Part shown: one piece after another, positions 8,734 to 17,765 of the stretch
How positions within the stretch are numbered: the first letter of the stretch is position 1
Layout: every line of letters begins with the position of its first letter
Origin: a virus
Strand: one strand, 5' to 3'
Virus genome (UHGV): UHGV-2172388
DNA length: 32,728 nucleotides
Made by a program: the position numbers and the translations under genes
Notes under the pieces: generated by a model
Databases searched by the model: none
What the model saw: only the letters and a program-made list of their open reading frames with translations
Told to the model about the DNA's origin: nothing

Positions 8734-9043
8734 AACCAACCTGCTTTCTTCCGAACTGGCCGATGTGATCCGCAAGCTGGATATTTCGAATCTCAACGCA
8801 GACGACACCCTGCAACTGGCCAACAGCAGCGAGGAGTGCTGCGCCGGATTGTGCCACGGCCTGCACTTTCTGGGTAAAACCTTCGTATCCTTCGCCGACA
8901 GCAACGTATTGGAGTTCTCACCGGAAAGCCTGTGCCAGTTAGGACACGGCCTGCTAGCCAGTGCACTGCTGATCCCGGCGCTGATCCAAATCCAGAAGTC
9001 CGCAGAACGGCAAATCATCAACACCGACACCGGCGAGGCATAA
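8722..9043 (+). CDS. Hypothetical protein (about 107 aa), accessory
   Basis: ATG 8722 (MVPETNLL...) overlapping the upstream ORF, suggesting translational coupling; no family recognised. Confidence 0.4.
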
Positions 9044-9058
9044 CCCCGCCAATCGCTC

Positions 9059-9087
9059 CCGCTTGTACTGCCCTCAGTTACAAGCGG
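9059..9087. promoter_or_regulatory. Late-promoter dyad CCGCTTGTA-N11-TACAAGCGG upstream of X and the lysis genes
   Basis: Perfect dyad; centre 84 nt upstream of the X ATG. Confidence 0.6.
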
Positions 9088-9156
9088 AAGCCTTCCCTTC
9101 ACTTCCCGCCCCTGTGCCACCATCCCCGCATCACCTGACGCCGCGTGGGAAACGCC

Positions 9157-9360
9157 ATGATCGTCTATAGCCTGCAAAACGAAACGCTCGACCAGATCTG
9201 CTGGCGCACCTTCGGGCGCACTGCCGGGATTGTCGAACGGCTTTACCGCGACAACCCGCGCCTGTGCGAACTGCCGCTGCGCCTGCCGCACGGTACGGCG
9301 GTGAACGTACCTGAACAGGCTTCCGCCGCCACGCGTCAACGAATCAACCTGTGGGACTGA
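9157..9360 (+). CDS. X: Tail protein X (LysM-like, P2 gpX)
   Basis: 67 aa from ATG 9157; MIVYSLQNETLDQICWRTFGRT...LPHGTAV...NLWD matches recalled gpX. Confidence 0.85.
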   Translation: MIVYSLQNETLDQICWRTFGRTAGIVERLYRDNPRLCELPLRLPHGTAVNVPEQASAATRQRINLWD

Positions 9361-9362
9361 CT

Positions 9363-9740
9363 ATGAACGAACCCGTAACCGGCACCGTCGTTGCCGCTTC
9401 CGTAAGCGCATTCTCCATTGCCACGCTGTTCCCGACGCTACAGGCTCCGGTAGTGCTAGGCGCATTGTGTGGCGCGCTGCTGCTGGTGATTTCGCAAAAA
9501 GAGATCGGCCTGTTCCTGCGCATCATTTTCTTCTGCGTGGCGTTTGTGATCGGCCTGCTGACCGCCGACCTGTTCACCGCGCTGGTCGCCGGATATCTGC
9601 CGCAGCATCTGATGGAAAAAGTCTCCCCTGGTATCGGGGCGCTGCTCTCATCGGCGCTGACCGTCAAGGCGCTGCTATGGGCCATCCGACAACTGGATAA
9701 CCCCGGTCAATTGCTCGACTTTTTAAGGGGACGCAAATGA
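9363..9740 (+). CDS. Holin (membrane protein with hydrophobic segments)
   Basis: 125 aa, strongly hydrophobic stretches; first gene of the lysis cassette. Confidence 0.65.
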   Translation: MNEPVTGTVVAASVSAFSIATLFPTLQAPVVLGALCGALLLVISQKEIGLFLRIIFFCVAFVIGLLTADLFTALVAGYLPQHLMEKVSPGIGALLSSALTVKALLWAIRQLDNPGQLLDFLRGRK

Positions 9741-10051
9741 AACTGATCCTGAGCCTTAACGCCATTATTTGCCTGCTGATTACCATCCGTCTGTTCCTCT
9801 ATCGCCGCGTTCACGGTACCACCTATCGCCCGCTGTATAGCTGGCTGGCGTGGCTGCTGATGTGCTGCACCGCATCGGTAGCGGTACTGATTTGTTTCAG
9901 CCTGTACCGCTACGTGTTTATCGCCGAAACCGCCATCAACATCGTGCTGCTGATTTGCCTGAGCGCTGCACGCGGCAATGTCGCCAGTCTGATTAAACCC
10001 TTACGTCACCACCCGAAGGAGCCACGCCATGACTCGTACACTCACCCATGA
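9737..10051 (+). CDS. Second small membrane protein of the lysis cassette (holin/antiholin-like)
   Basis: 104 aa, multiple hydrophobic helices; between holin and endolysin. Confidence 0.55.
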   Translation: MKLILSLNAIICLLITIRLFLYRRVHGTTYRPLYSWLAWLLMCCTASVAVLICFSLYRYVFIAETAINIVLLICLSAARGNVASLIKPLRHHPKEPRHDSYTHP

Positions 10052-10619
10052 TCAACAGCAGGCCGCCGCGTTGTATCTGGGTATCCCGCTGGCGGCGTTA
10101 CAGGCGGTGCAGGAGGTTGAAGCCCGTTCTCGCGGCTTCCTGCCCGATGGCCGTCCGGCCCTTCTATTTGAACGCCATATCATGTACCGCCAGTTAAGAA
10201 GCCACGGACTGGACGCCGACCGGCTGGCGCAGAATTACCCGGATTTGGTGAACAAGAGCGCAGGCGGCTATCAGGGCGGAAGCCGTGAGCACTACCGCCT
10301 GAATCTGGCGAAACAGATCCACAGCGCCGCCGCTATTGAGAGCGCAAGCTGGGGACTGTTCCAGATTATGGGCTTTCACTGGAAAGCGCTGGGCTACGCC
10401 TCTGCCGCCGACTTTGAAAAGCAGATGAACGACAGCGAGCAGATGCAGCTTGACACCTTCGTGCGCTTCGTTGAGGCCAACCCAAAGATCCACGACGCAA
10501 TAAAGGCGCAGAACTGGCCAGAGTTCGCCCGCCGCTACAACGGGCCGCAGTACAAACGCAACCAGTACGATACGAAGCTGGCGGTCGCCTTCGAAAAATT
10601 CAGTCAGGCGGCAGCATGA
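10029..10619 (+). CDS. Endolysin, N-acetylmuramidase-family
   Basis: 196 aa; motif SWGLFQIMGFHW typical of phage N-acetylmuramidase endolysins; GGAG RBS. Confidence 0.8.
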   Translation: MTRTLTHDQQQAAALYLGIPLAALQAVQEVEARSRGFLPDGRPALLFERHIMYRQLRSHGLDADRLAQNYPDLVNKSAGGYQGGSREHYRLNLAKQIHSAAAIESASWGLFQIMGFHWKALGYASAADFEKQMNDSEQMQLDTFVRFVEANPKIHDAIKAQNWPEFARRYNGPQYKRNQYDTKLAVAFEKFSQAAA

Positions 10620-11065
10620 TGAGCTGGATGAAAACCGCGCCACTGCTGTTGCTCGTCGTGATGCTGCTCTGGACGAACTGGCAGCGTATGACGCAGCAGG
10701 AACAGCTTATTGAACAACAGCAGCGCATCAGGCTGGCCGACACTGAGATTGCCAGCCTGACCGAATCCCTGATGACGAAGGTGCAGGAACTGGACGAACT
10801 CCAGCAACAGGCCGACGCCAACCAGCAGGCATACCTGACGCTGCAACAGCAAACCGCCGCCGCCCATGACCAGCTAAAGCAGCGCAACCAGCAACTGGAG
10901 AAACTGAAACGTGAAAATCAACAGCTTCGTGAATGGGCTGATACTGCTTTGCCCGCTGATATTATCCGCCTGCACCAGCACGCCACCATTACCGGCAGTG
11001 CGGCTTACCGCCAATTGCCCGAAGCTGATCCCCTGCCAGCTTCCGGCGCTTCAACCGCAGAGTAA
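10616..11065 (+). CDS. lysB: i-spanin (LysB/Rz-like)
   Basis: 149 aa; N-terminal TM segment then Q/E-rich coiled coil; ATGA overlap with the endolysin stop. Confidence 0.7.
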   Translation: MMSWMKTAPLLLLVVMLLWTNWQRMTQQEQLIEQQQRIRLADTEIASLTESLMTKVQELDELQQQADANQQAYLTLQQQTAAAHDQLKQRNQQLEKLKRENQQLREWADTALPADIIRLHQHATITGSAAYRQLPEADPLPASGASTAE

Positions 11066-11186
11066 TGAAGATTTAAGCCGCGCGCTGCTGGAAACTGAAA
11101 ACGCGTGGCACCAGTGCGCTGCGCAGGTGGATATGACGATTAGTTGTCAGGAGCGTATCGATGCACAAAGCGCAGCTCATCCGTGA
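10911..11186 (+). CDS. lysC: o-spanin lipoprotein (LysC/Rz1-like), overlapping lysB in another frame
   Basis: GTG start; signal peptide with lipobox LILSAC; Pro/Cys-rich; starts inside lysB and extends beyond it. Confidence 0.6.
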   Translation: MKINSFVNGLILLCPLILSACTSTPPLPAVRLTANCPKLIPCQLPALQPQSNEDLSRALLETENAWHQCAAQVDMTISCQERIDAQSAAHP

Positions 11187-11619
11187 ACTACTGACCGCCA
11201 GTATCCCGCACTTACAACACAACCCGGACGCGCTGCGGGTCTTTATCAATAAGGGCCGGATCGTCGCCACCGCAGGGCGCAGCACCAGTTTTGAATACCA
11301 GTACACGCTGGAACTGTTGATCACCGACTACGCCGCCGATCCCGATACGCTGATGGTGCCGCTGGTCGGCTGGATGTCGCTTCACCAGCAGGAAGCCTTC
11401 GCCAACAGCGATCTGCGCCAGCAGGCATTTCAGTTTGAAGCCGAAGCCATCGACCACCAAAGTTACGATATCAGCATCAAGCTGGCGCTGACCGAGCGCG
11501 TCATTGTGCGCCCGCGCGACGGCGGGCTGGAAGCAAAGCACTGTAACGACCAGCAGCCAGAAAGCGGTTACAATGGCTGGGAAATCGCCTGTCGCGGTGA
11601 AACGATAGTGAGTACCTGA
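11161..11619 (+). CDS. R: Tail completion protein (P2 gpR-like)
   Basis: 152-aa ORF, synteny and recalled family similarity. Confidence 0.8.
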   Translation: MHKAQLIRELLTASIPHLQHNPDALRVFINKGRIVATAGRSTSFEYQYTLELLITDYAADPDTLMVPLVGWMSLHQQEAFANSDLRQQAFQFEAEAIDHQSYDISIKLALTERVIVRPRDGGLEAKHCNDQQPESGYNGWEIACRGETIVST

Positions 11620-12068
11620 TGAGCGACGACCTGCAACAACTCCACCGCTGGGCCGATGGCCTGCTTGCAAAGCTCTCCCCGGCAAGCCGAACCCAACTGG
11701 CGCGGGAAATCGCCCACAGCCTGCGTCAGTCGCAAAGCCAGCGGATAACCGCACAGAAAAACCCGGATGGCTCACCGTTCGCCCCCCGTAAGCCTCAGCT
11801 ACGCAGTAAAAAAGGAAAGATCCGCCGCCAGATGTTCCGTAAGCTGCGTACCGCACGCTATATGAAAGGGAAAGGCGATGGGCAGGGAGCAACCATTTCG
11901 TTTCTCAGCAGCGTTCGACATATGGCCGCCGTTCATCAGTATGGCCTGCGCGATCGGGTAAATCGCTACGGGTTGGAGGTGGATTACGCACAAAGGCAGT
12001 TGCTGGGATTTTCTCAGCAAGATTATTTACAAATTCAATCTATTATCATGCAATATTTAGCGGTGTAA
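11619..12068 (+). CDS. S: Tail completion / virion morphogenesis protein (P2 gpS-like), C-terminal about 25 codons AT-rich and atypical
   Basis: 149-aa ORF; TGATG overlap with the R stop; the 3' end lies in AT-rich DNA, suggesting the native end was replaced by an insertion. Confidence 0.75.
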   Translation: MSDDLQQLHRWADGLLAKLSPASRTQLAREIAHSLRQSQSQRITAQKNPDGSPFAPRKPQLRSKKGKIRRQMFRKLRTARYMKGKGDGQGATISFLSSVRHMAAVHQYGLRDRVNRYGLEVDYAQRQLLGFSQQDYLQIQSIIMQYLAV

Positions 12069-12107
12069 TAACAAACTTTCTCATATTCAAAAGGATTACT
12101 ACCTGCC

Positions 12108-12563
12108 ATGCCTAATCAACATACTGTTGAAGAATCAACGCGAGCCGCTATCAATGAACTTTTGCGTAACGATGCTCATTTGCTGATTACAGATAATAGT
12201 GAACGGGCTATCGCCAACCGCTTGGGTAGATATCTGGAAAATAACTTCCCGGAATGGGATGTAGACTGTGAATACAATAGAAATGGGGATGCAGTTAAAA
12301 GATTAATTTACGCAGTTGAACCTAACGGAAATGCAAGCGAACGTGATGTTATCCCGGATATTATCGTTCACCACCGAGGAACCGATGAAAACCTGATTGC
12401 GTTCGAACTGAAAAAATCGACCAACAACCAAAGAAATGGCAGAGAAAAAGACCTCCTCAAGCTGCAGGCGTTTAAAGAACAATTGGGTTATAAATATGCC
12501 GTTTTTGTGTCTCTTAAAACAGGCTGTGCGAACCCTGAAGTTACCGAAATCCACTGGATTTAA
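12108..12563 (+). CDS. Moron: PD-(D/E)xK nuclease-fold-like hypothetical protein
   Basis: 151 aa in AT-rich DNA between S and V; putative motifs ...IPDIIVHH... and ...IAFELKK... read as PD and ExK; family assigned by motif only. Confidence 0.5.
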   Translation: MPNQHTVEESTRAAINELLRNDAHLLITDNSERAIANRLGRYLENNFPEWDVDCEYNRNGDAVKRLIYAVEPNGNASERDVIPDIIVHHRGTDENLIAFELKKSTNNQRNGREKDLLKLQAFKEQLGYKYAVFVSLKTGCANPEVTEIHWI

Positions 12564-12591
12564 CCGCTTGTAAAAATCCACAATACAAGCG
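12564..12591. promoter_or_regulatory. Late-promoter dyad CCGCTTGTA-N11-TACAAGCG upstream of V
   Basis: Perfect dyad starting immediately after the moron stop codon. Confidence 0.6.
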
Positions 12592-12633
12592 TTAAAGCTA
12601 CCATTGTCATGCCAGAATACCAATGATTCCGGC

Positions 12634-13233
12634 ATGAGCGACGCAAACCACCCAGCCAACCTCGCCGAACTGCACCGGCGCATAGAGAACCTGATCCGTA
12701 CCGGCACCGTTGAAGAGGTGAAGGGCGATCGAGTACGCATTCACACTGGTGAACTGACCACCAACTGGATACCATGGCTGACGCTACGCGCCGGTGATGC
12801 CCGGACGTGGTGGCGGCCATCAACAGGCGAGCAGGTGTTACTGCTCTGTTTAAGCGGAGAGTTAACCACCGCCGTGGCGCTTCCGGCCATTTACTCTGAC
12901 GCCAGCCCCGCCCCGCTGCTGGATGAACAGGTTCACCATAGCGTTTACCCCGATGGTGCGGTGATTGAATACGATCCGCGCTCCAGCGCGTTAAAAGCGA
13001 CCGGCATCAAAACCGCACTGGTCGAAGCCAGCACCCGCGTCACGCTGGATACACCGCTCGTCGTCTGCACTCAGCATCTGGAAACCGCCACGCTGTCGGT
13101 TAAAAAAGGCGGCACGCTTAAAGGCGCTTACACCCACAGCGGCGGCAGCTTTACCTCTAACGGCGTCACCGTCCATACCCATACGCATACAGGCGTGGAG
13201 CGCGGGGGTAGCAATACCGGAGGACCGCAGTAA
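12634..13233 (+). CDS. V: Baseplate spike/assembly protein (P2 gpV-like)
   Basis: ATG 12634 (MSDANHPANLAELHRRI...) preferred over the track's TTG at 12604; motifs VIEYDP, KATGIKTA, TRVTLDTP, HTHTH match recalled gpV. Confidence 0.85.
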   Translation: MSDANHPANLAELHRRIENLIRTGTVEEVKGDRVRIHTGELTTNWIPWLTLRAGDARTWWRPSTGEQVLLLCLSGELTTAVALPAIYSDASPAPLLDEQVHHSVYPDGAVIEYDPRSSALKATGIKTALVEASTRVTLDTPLVVCTQHLETATLSVKKGGTLKGAYTHSGGSFTSNGVTVHTHTHTGVERGGSNTGGPQ

Positions 13234-13583
13234 TGTACCTCGGTATGAACGCCGAAACCGGCAGAGCATTAAGCGATGAGTTGCACATTAAGCAATCCGT
13301 AAAAGACATTCTGACCACACCAGTAGGTACGCGCGTGATGCGCCGCGATTATGGCTCACTGGTCGGCAACCTGATCGACCAGCCCAACGATGGCGCTACC
13401 CGGCTACGGGTGATGTCGGCGGTGGTCATGGCGCTGACGCGCTGGGAACCTCGCATCGAGATTATCGGCGTGGACTTTGCTGCGGATAATGCCGATCTCA
13501 GCGTCACCATTGAAGCCGAACGTACCGATATCCCCGGCCAGCCGTGGACATTCTCCATTCCGATCGACAGGAGACGTTCATGA
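13233..13583 (+). CDS. W: Baseplate protein (P2 gpW-like, GPW/gp25 family)
   Basis: 116 aa; 1-nt overlap with the V stop; synteny. Confidence 0.85.
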   Translation: MYLGMNAETGRALSDELHIKQSVKDILTTPVGTRVMRRDYGSLVGNLIDQPNDGATRLRVMSAVVMALTRWEPRIEIIGVDFAADNADLSVTIEAERTDIPGQPWTFSIPIDRRRS

Positions 13584-14491
13584 GCGCGCTGACCGATTTA
13601 AGCCAGTTACCCATCCCCAATGTGGTGGAAACGCTCGATTTTGAAACCCTATTCACCGCCCGCAAGCAGCGCTTTATCAGCCTGTATCCTGCCGAACAGC
13701 AAGCAGAAGTTACCCGCACGCTGGGCTATGAATCAGAACCCTTCGTCAAGCTGTTGCAGGAAAATACTTACTTAGAGATGGCGCTGCGGGTACGCATCAA
13801 TGAAGCCGCCGTCGCCAATATGCTGGCCCATGCCGTCAGGCACGATCTGGATAATCTGGTCGCTAACTTTAAGGTTTTTCGCCTGCAAATCTCGCCCGGA
13901 GACAGTACGGCGATACCGCCCGTTGATCCGGTTTATGAATCCGACAGCGATTTACGAATGCGCGCACAGCAGGCGTTTGAAGGACTGTCCGTCGCAGGCC
14001 CGACCGCCGCCTACGAATATCACGCCCGCAGCGCAGACGGGCGTATCGCCGACGTCTCCGCTATCAGCCCCTATCCCTGTTACGTCACCGTGTCGGTACT
14101 CTCCCGCGAAGGCAACGGGCTGGCCAGCGCAGAGTTGCTGGCGATCGTCGATACCGCCCTGAACGATATTGATATTCGTCCGGTAGGCGATCGCCCAACC
14201 ATTCAGTCCGCTGAAGTGATCCCGTATCAGATTGATGCCGTACTTTATTGCTATCCCGGCCCGGAGCAGGAACCCATTCGGCAGGCCGCCGAGCAGCGGC
14301 TAAAAAGCTACGTCAATGACCAGCATCGAATCGGGCGCGATATTCGCCGTAGCGCGATTTACGCCGCGCTGCATGTCACCGGCGTTCAGCGCGTAGAACT
14401 GCTCTCCCCTGCCGTTGACGTCATCATCAGCAAAACGCAGGCCAGTTACTGTACCGGATGGCAAATTGCCATCGGGGGAAGCGATGAATAG
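13580..14491 (+). CDS. J: Baseplate protein (P2 gpJ-like)
   Basis: About 303 aa from ATG 13580, overlapping the W stop. Confidence 0.85.
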   Translation: MSALTDLSQLPIPNVVETLDFETLFTARKQRFISLYPAEQQAEVTRTLGYESEPFVKLLQENTYLEMALRVRINEAAVANMLAHAVRHDLDNLVANFKVFRLQISPGDSTAIPPVDPVYESDSDLRMRAQQAFEGLSVAGPTAAYEYHARSADGRIADVSAISPYPCYVTVSVLSREGNGLASAELLAIVDTALNDIDIRPVGDRPTIQSAEVIPYQIDAVLYCYPGPEQEPIRQAAEQRLKSYVNDQHRIGRDIRRSAIYAALHVTGVQRVELLSPAVDVIISKTQASYCTGWQIAIGGSDE

Positions 14492-15098
14492 CTCCCTGCT
14501 CCCCAACAATGCCAGCTCGCTGGAGCAGAATCTGGCGCAAACAGGTAGCCTGACTGAACGAGTGCCGGTTCCGCTGCGTAGCCTGTGGCAACCGGATAAC
14601 TGCCCCGCCGCGCTGTTGCCTTATCTGGCATGGGCGTTTTCCGTTGACCGCTGGGATGAAAACTGGCCAGCCGATACCAAGCGGCAGGTGATTGCCGCTT
14701 CTTTCTACATCCATCAACACAAAGGCACCATCGGCGCACTACAGCGTGCGGTGGAGCCGCTCGGTTTCCTTATCCGGGTAACCGAATGGTGGCAACTGCG
14801 CCCGGAAGGTATTCCCGGCACCTTCGCGCTGGAAGTCGGCGTGCGCGAACAGGGCATCACCGAGCAGATGTATGTAGAGCTGGAGCGCCTGATCGATGAT
14901 GCAAAACCCTGTTCACGCCACTTAATCGGACTGGCGATCAGCCTGCAGAGCAACGGATACGTCTGGTTCACCGCGACGAACTATACCGGCGATACGCTCA
15001 CCGTTTATCCCTTTATTCCTGAACATGTATACAGCGTGGGCCGTAACTACCGTGGGGCTGCGCTGCATCTGATTGATACGCTAAGGATCGCCCCATGA
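14484..15098 (+). CDS. I: Baseplate protein (P2 gpI-like)
   Basis: ATG 14484 ([15 protein letters not shown]...); [30 protein letters not shown] match recalled gpI. Confidence 0.85.
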   Translation: MNSSLLPNNASSLEQNLAQTGSLTERVPVPLRSLWQPDNCPAALLPYLAWAFSVDRWDENWPADTKRQVIAASFYIHQHKGTIGALQRAVEPLGFLIRVTEWWQLRPEGIPGTFALEVGVREQGITEQMYVELERLIDDAKPCSRHLIGLAISLQSNGYVWFTATNYTGDTLTVYPFIPEHVYSVGRNYRGAALHLIDTLRIAP

Positions 15099-16606
15099 GC
15101 GCTACCTATTTCACGCTATTAACCACTACCGGCGAATCCGCGCTGGCGACCGCCACCGCACAGGGTTCGCCTCTTCATCTGACGCAAATGGCCGTTGGTG
15201 ACGGAAATGGTAACCTGCCAACGCCGGATACCGGCCAAACCCGGTTAGTCAACGAACGCCGACGTGCGCCGCTGAATACGCTCAGTATTGACCCTAACAA
15301 CCCCAACCAGATTATTGCCGAACAGGTATTGCCGGAGGACGTAGGCGGATGGTGGATCAGGGAAATTGGCCTGTACGACGAGCACGACCGGCTGATTGCC
15401 GTCGGCAACTGCCCGCCAACCTACAAGCCGCAGTTAATCGAAGGTTCGGGCCGCACACAGATTATCCGCATGGTGCTGATTGTCTCCCATACGGAAAACG
15501 TGGAACTGAAAATCGACCCTGCCGTGGTGCTGGCAACAAGACAGTATGTGGATGAAGGCCTATCCCGCCACGCGCAGTCCCGTAACCATCCTGACGCCAC
15601 CTTAACCGCCAAAGGATTTGCCCAATTAAGCAGCGCGACCAACAGCATCAGCGAAACACTGGCCGCCACGCCCAAAGCGATGAAAGCAGCCTACGATCTG
15701 GCTAATGGAAAATATACCGAACAGGATGCCACCACAGCGCGCAAAGGGGTTGTCCAGCTTAGCAGCGAAACCAACAGCACCAGCGAAACGCTCGCCGCCA
15801 CGCCCAAAGCGGTGAAAGCGGCCTACGATCTGGCTAATGGAAAATATACCGAGCAGGATGCCACCACGACGCGCAAAGGGGTTGCCCAGCTTAGTAGCGC
15901 CATCGACAGCACCAGCGAAACGCTGGCCGCCACGCCTAAAGCGGTAAAAGCGGCAGTAGACAAAGCGCTGGCGGCGGAAACCTGTCCGGTCGGCGCGCCG
16001 ATACCGTGGTCATCCGATGCCATCCCCAGCGGCTACGCCCTGATGGTCGGTCAGTCCTTCAATAAAACCTCCTACCCTAAGCTGGCAATCGCTTACCCCT
16101 CCGGTGTAATCCCGGATATGCGCGGCTGGACAATCAAGGGGAAACCCGCCAGCGGACGCACGATACTGTCTCAGGAGCAGGATGGCATTAAATCGCATGG
16201 TCACACCGCCAGCGCCACTAACACGGATTTAGGTACTAAAACCGCCAGTTCCACCGATTTGGGTACCAAAAATACCAGCGCGTTTGACTACGGGACAAAA
16301 TCGACCAATACCACCGGCGCGCACAACCACCAAATTCCGACTGACGGCATAAAAACAGGGAAGAATATGGCGTCAGTGGTGGGTTCTGATAATAGCGATG
16401 AAGATTTCAGGGACGTGACAAGTACCAATGGCAACCACGCCCACACCGTTGCTATCGGCGCACATACCCATTCGCTGGCTATCGGCGCACATAACCACAC
16501 CGTCGTCTTAGGTTCCCACAGCCACACTATTACGGTGAATGCCGCCGGGAACGCCGAAAACACCGTTAAAAATATCGCTTTCAACTATATCGTGAGGCTG
16601 GCATGA
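15095..16606 (+). CDS. H: Tail fiber protein (P2 gpH-like) with internal tandem repeats and His-rich C-terminal domain
   Basis: 503 aa; conserved N-terminus; three ~44-aa repeats; C-terminal HxH-rich tract ([29 protein letters not shown]). Confidence 0.9.
   Translation: MSATYFTLLTTTGESALATATAQGSPLHLTQMAVGDGNGNLPTPDTGQTRLVNERRRAPLNTLSIDPNNPNQIIAEQVLPEDVGGWWIREIGLYDEHDRLIAVGNCPPTYKPQLIEGSGRTQIIRMVLIVSHTENVELKIDPAVVLATRQYVDEGLSRHAQSRNHPDATLTAKGFAQLSSATNSISETLAATPKAMKAAYDLANGKYTEQDATTARKGVVQLSSETNSTSETLAATPKAVKAAYDLANGKYTEQDATTTRKGVAQLSSAIDSTSETLAATPKAVKAAVDKALAAETCPVGAPIPWSSDAIPSGYALMVGQSFNKTSYPKLAIAYPSGVIPDMRGWTIKGKPASGRTILSQEQDGIKSHGHTASATNTDLGTKTASSTDLGTKNTSAFDYGTKSTNTTGAHNHQIPTDGIKTGKNMASVVGSDNSDEDFRDVTSTNGNHAHTVAIGAHTHSLAIGAHNHTVVLGSHSHTITVNAAGNAENTVKNIAFNYIVRLA
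15611..15955 (+). repeat. Coding tandem repeat, 132-nt unit, 2.6 copies, inside tail fiber gene H
   Basis: Units start at 15611, 15743, 15875; protein repeat ...KG(V/F)[37 protein letters not shown]. Confidence 0.85.
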
Positions 16607-17310
16607 GCACATTCGCATTTTCCGACGAACCGCAAACCCTGCGCATCTTTAACTACGCGGCAGACACTCAGGAATTTATCGGCGTCAGCGACGCCTATAT
16701 CGCCCCCAACACCGGCTTACCGGAATGCTGTACCACTATCGAGCCTCCCGAATGCCAGAGCGGCTTTGCCCTGACATTCAACGGAGAAACATGGCTTGCG
16801 GTAGAAGATCATCGCGGTAAAACCGCGTTTGATACCGATGCGGGCAGTGAGGTACAGCTTCATCATCTGGGGCCATTGCCGGATAACGTCACTCTGCTGA
16901 AGCCCGATAACGCCTTTGTCCGTTGGGACGGCAAACGCTGGCGGCCCGATATCGAAAAAGCCCGACAGGCAAAGGTGGCAGAAATAAAGCAGTATCGAGA
17001 TCGAATCACCGCCGACTACATCATCATCGATAATCACCATTTCCACAGCGACGCTAACAGCCGCATCCAGCAGCTCTCGCTCACCAAAATGGGCGTGGCT
17101 AAACAAATACCGGCAGGCTTAATGTGGCAGACCAAAAATCACAACCTGATTGAACTGACCAACGAAATCGCCGCCCGGTTTGAAACCGAAACAATGGCGC
17201 ACGATATGCGCCTGTTCGCCGCTGCCCAGCAGCATATTGCCGCCATTGAAGCATTGACGGAGGTGCAGGCGGTTATGGGTTACGACTACTCGTCAGGATG
17301 GCAACCATGA
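16603..17310 (+). CDS. G: Tail fiber assembly chaperone (P2 gpG-like)
   Basis: 235 aa directly after H with ATGA overlap; synteny. Confidence 0.8.
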   Translation: MSTFAFSDEPQTLRIFNYAADTQEFIGVSDAYIAPNTGLPECCTTIEPPECQSGFALTFNGETWLAVEDHRGKTAFDTDAGSEVQLHHLGPLPDNVTLLKPDNAFVRWDGKRWRPDIEKARQAKVAEIKQYRDRITADYIIIDNHHFHSDANSRIQQLSLTKMGVAKQIPAGLMWQTKNHNLIELTNEIAARFETETMAHDMRLFAAAQQHIAAIEALTEVQAVMGYDYSSGWQP

Positions 17311-17765
17311 GTCAGGTTTACGCGGCGTTCTACCGTGGCCGGGCTGAACGCTTTTTCAGCCTTGCCCGGCTCTCCGACTGGCTGACTCGACAGGTCACGC
17401 GCGGCCCTTACTCTCACTGCGAACTGGTCGAACGCCAGCCGGATGGCCTGTTTATCTGTTACTCATCATCGGTACGGGATAAAGGCGTGCGCAGCAAACG
17501 AATGCCGCTGCCGATTGAGAAATGGGATTTACTCCCGATCAACGCCGATCCGCTGGCACTGGAAACCTTTTTTCGTCAGCATGACGATAAAGGTTACGAC
17601 TGGCTGGGCGCCATGGGTTTTGTGTTACTCAGTCAGGGCAAACAGGAACGCCTGTTTTGCAGCGAGTTCTGCGCCGAATTTCTGCACCTGCGCGATAGCT
17701 GGCGCTGGTCGCCTAATCTGCTGTATGCGTTGGTCAGCAGTCGGTCTGGAAAATTGACAATATGA
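17307..17765 (+). CDS. Hypothetical protein (about 152 aa) at the G/FI accessory locus, translationally coupled to the downstream methyltransferase
   Basis: ATG 17307 overlaps the G stop; its stop overlaps the dam start; no family recognised. Confidence 0.45.
   Translation: MSQVYAAFYRGRAERFFSLARLSDWLTRQVTRGPYSHCELVERQPDGLFICYSSSVRDKGVRSKRMPLPIEKWDLLPINADPLALETFFRQHDDKGYDWLGAMGFVLLSQGKQERLFCSEFCAEFLHLRDSWRWSPNLLYALVSSRSGKLTI

Noticed and set aside
12604-12633. TTG-initiated N-terminal extension of V proposed by the ORF track
   Set aside because: Overlaps the late-promoter region and lacks an RBS; ATG 12634 matches the recalled gpV N-terminus.
15611-15955. Possible CRISPR-like repeat array
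   Set aside because: The repeats are 132-nt in-frame coding repeats within the tail fiber gene with no unique spacers; not a CRISPR array.
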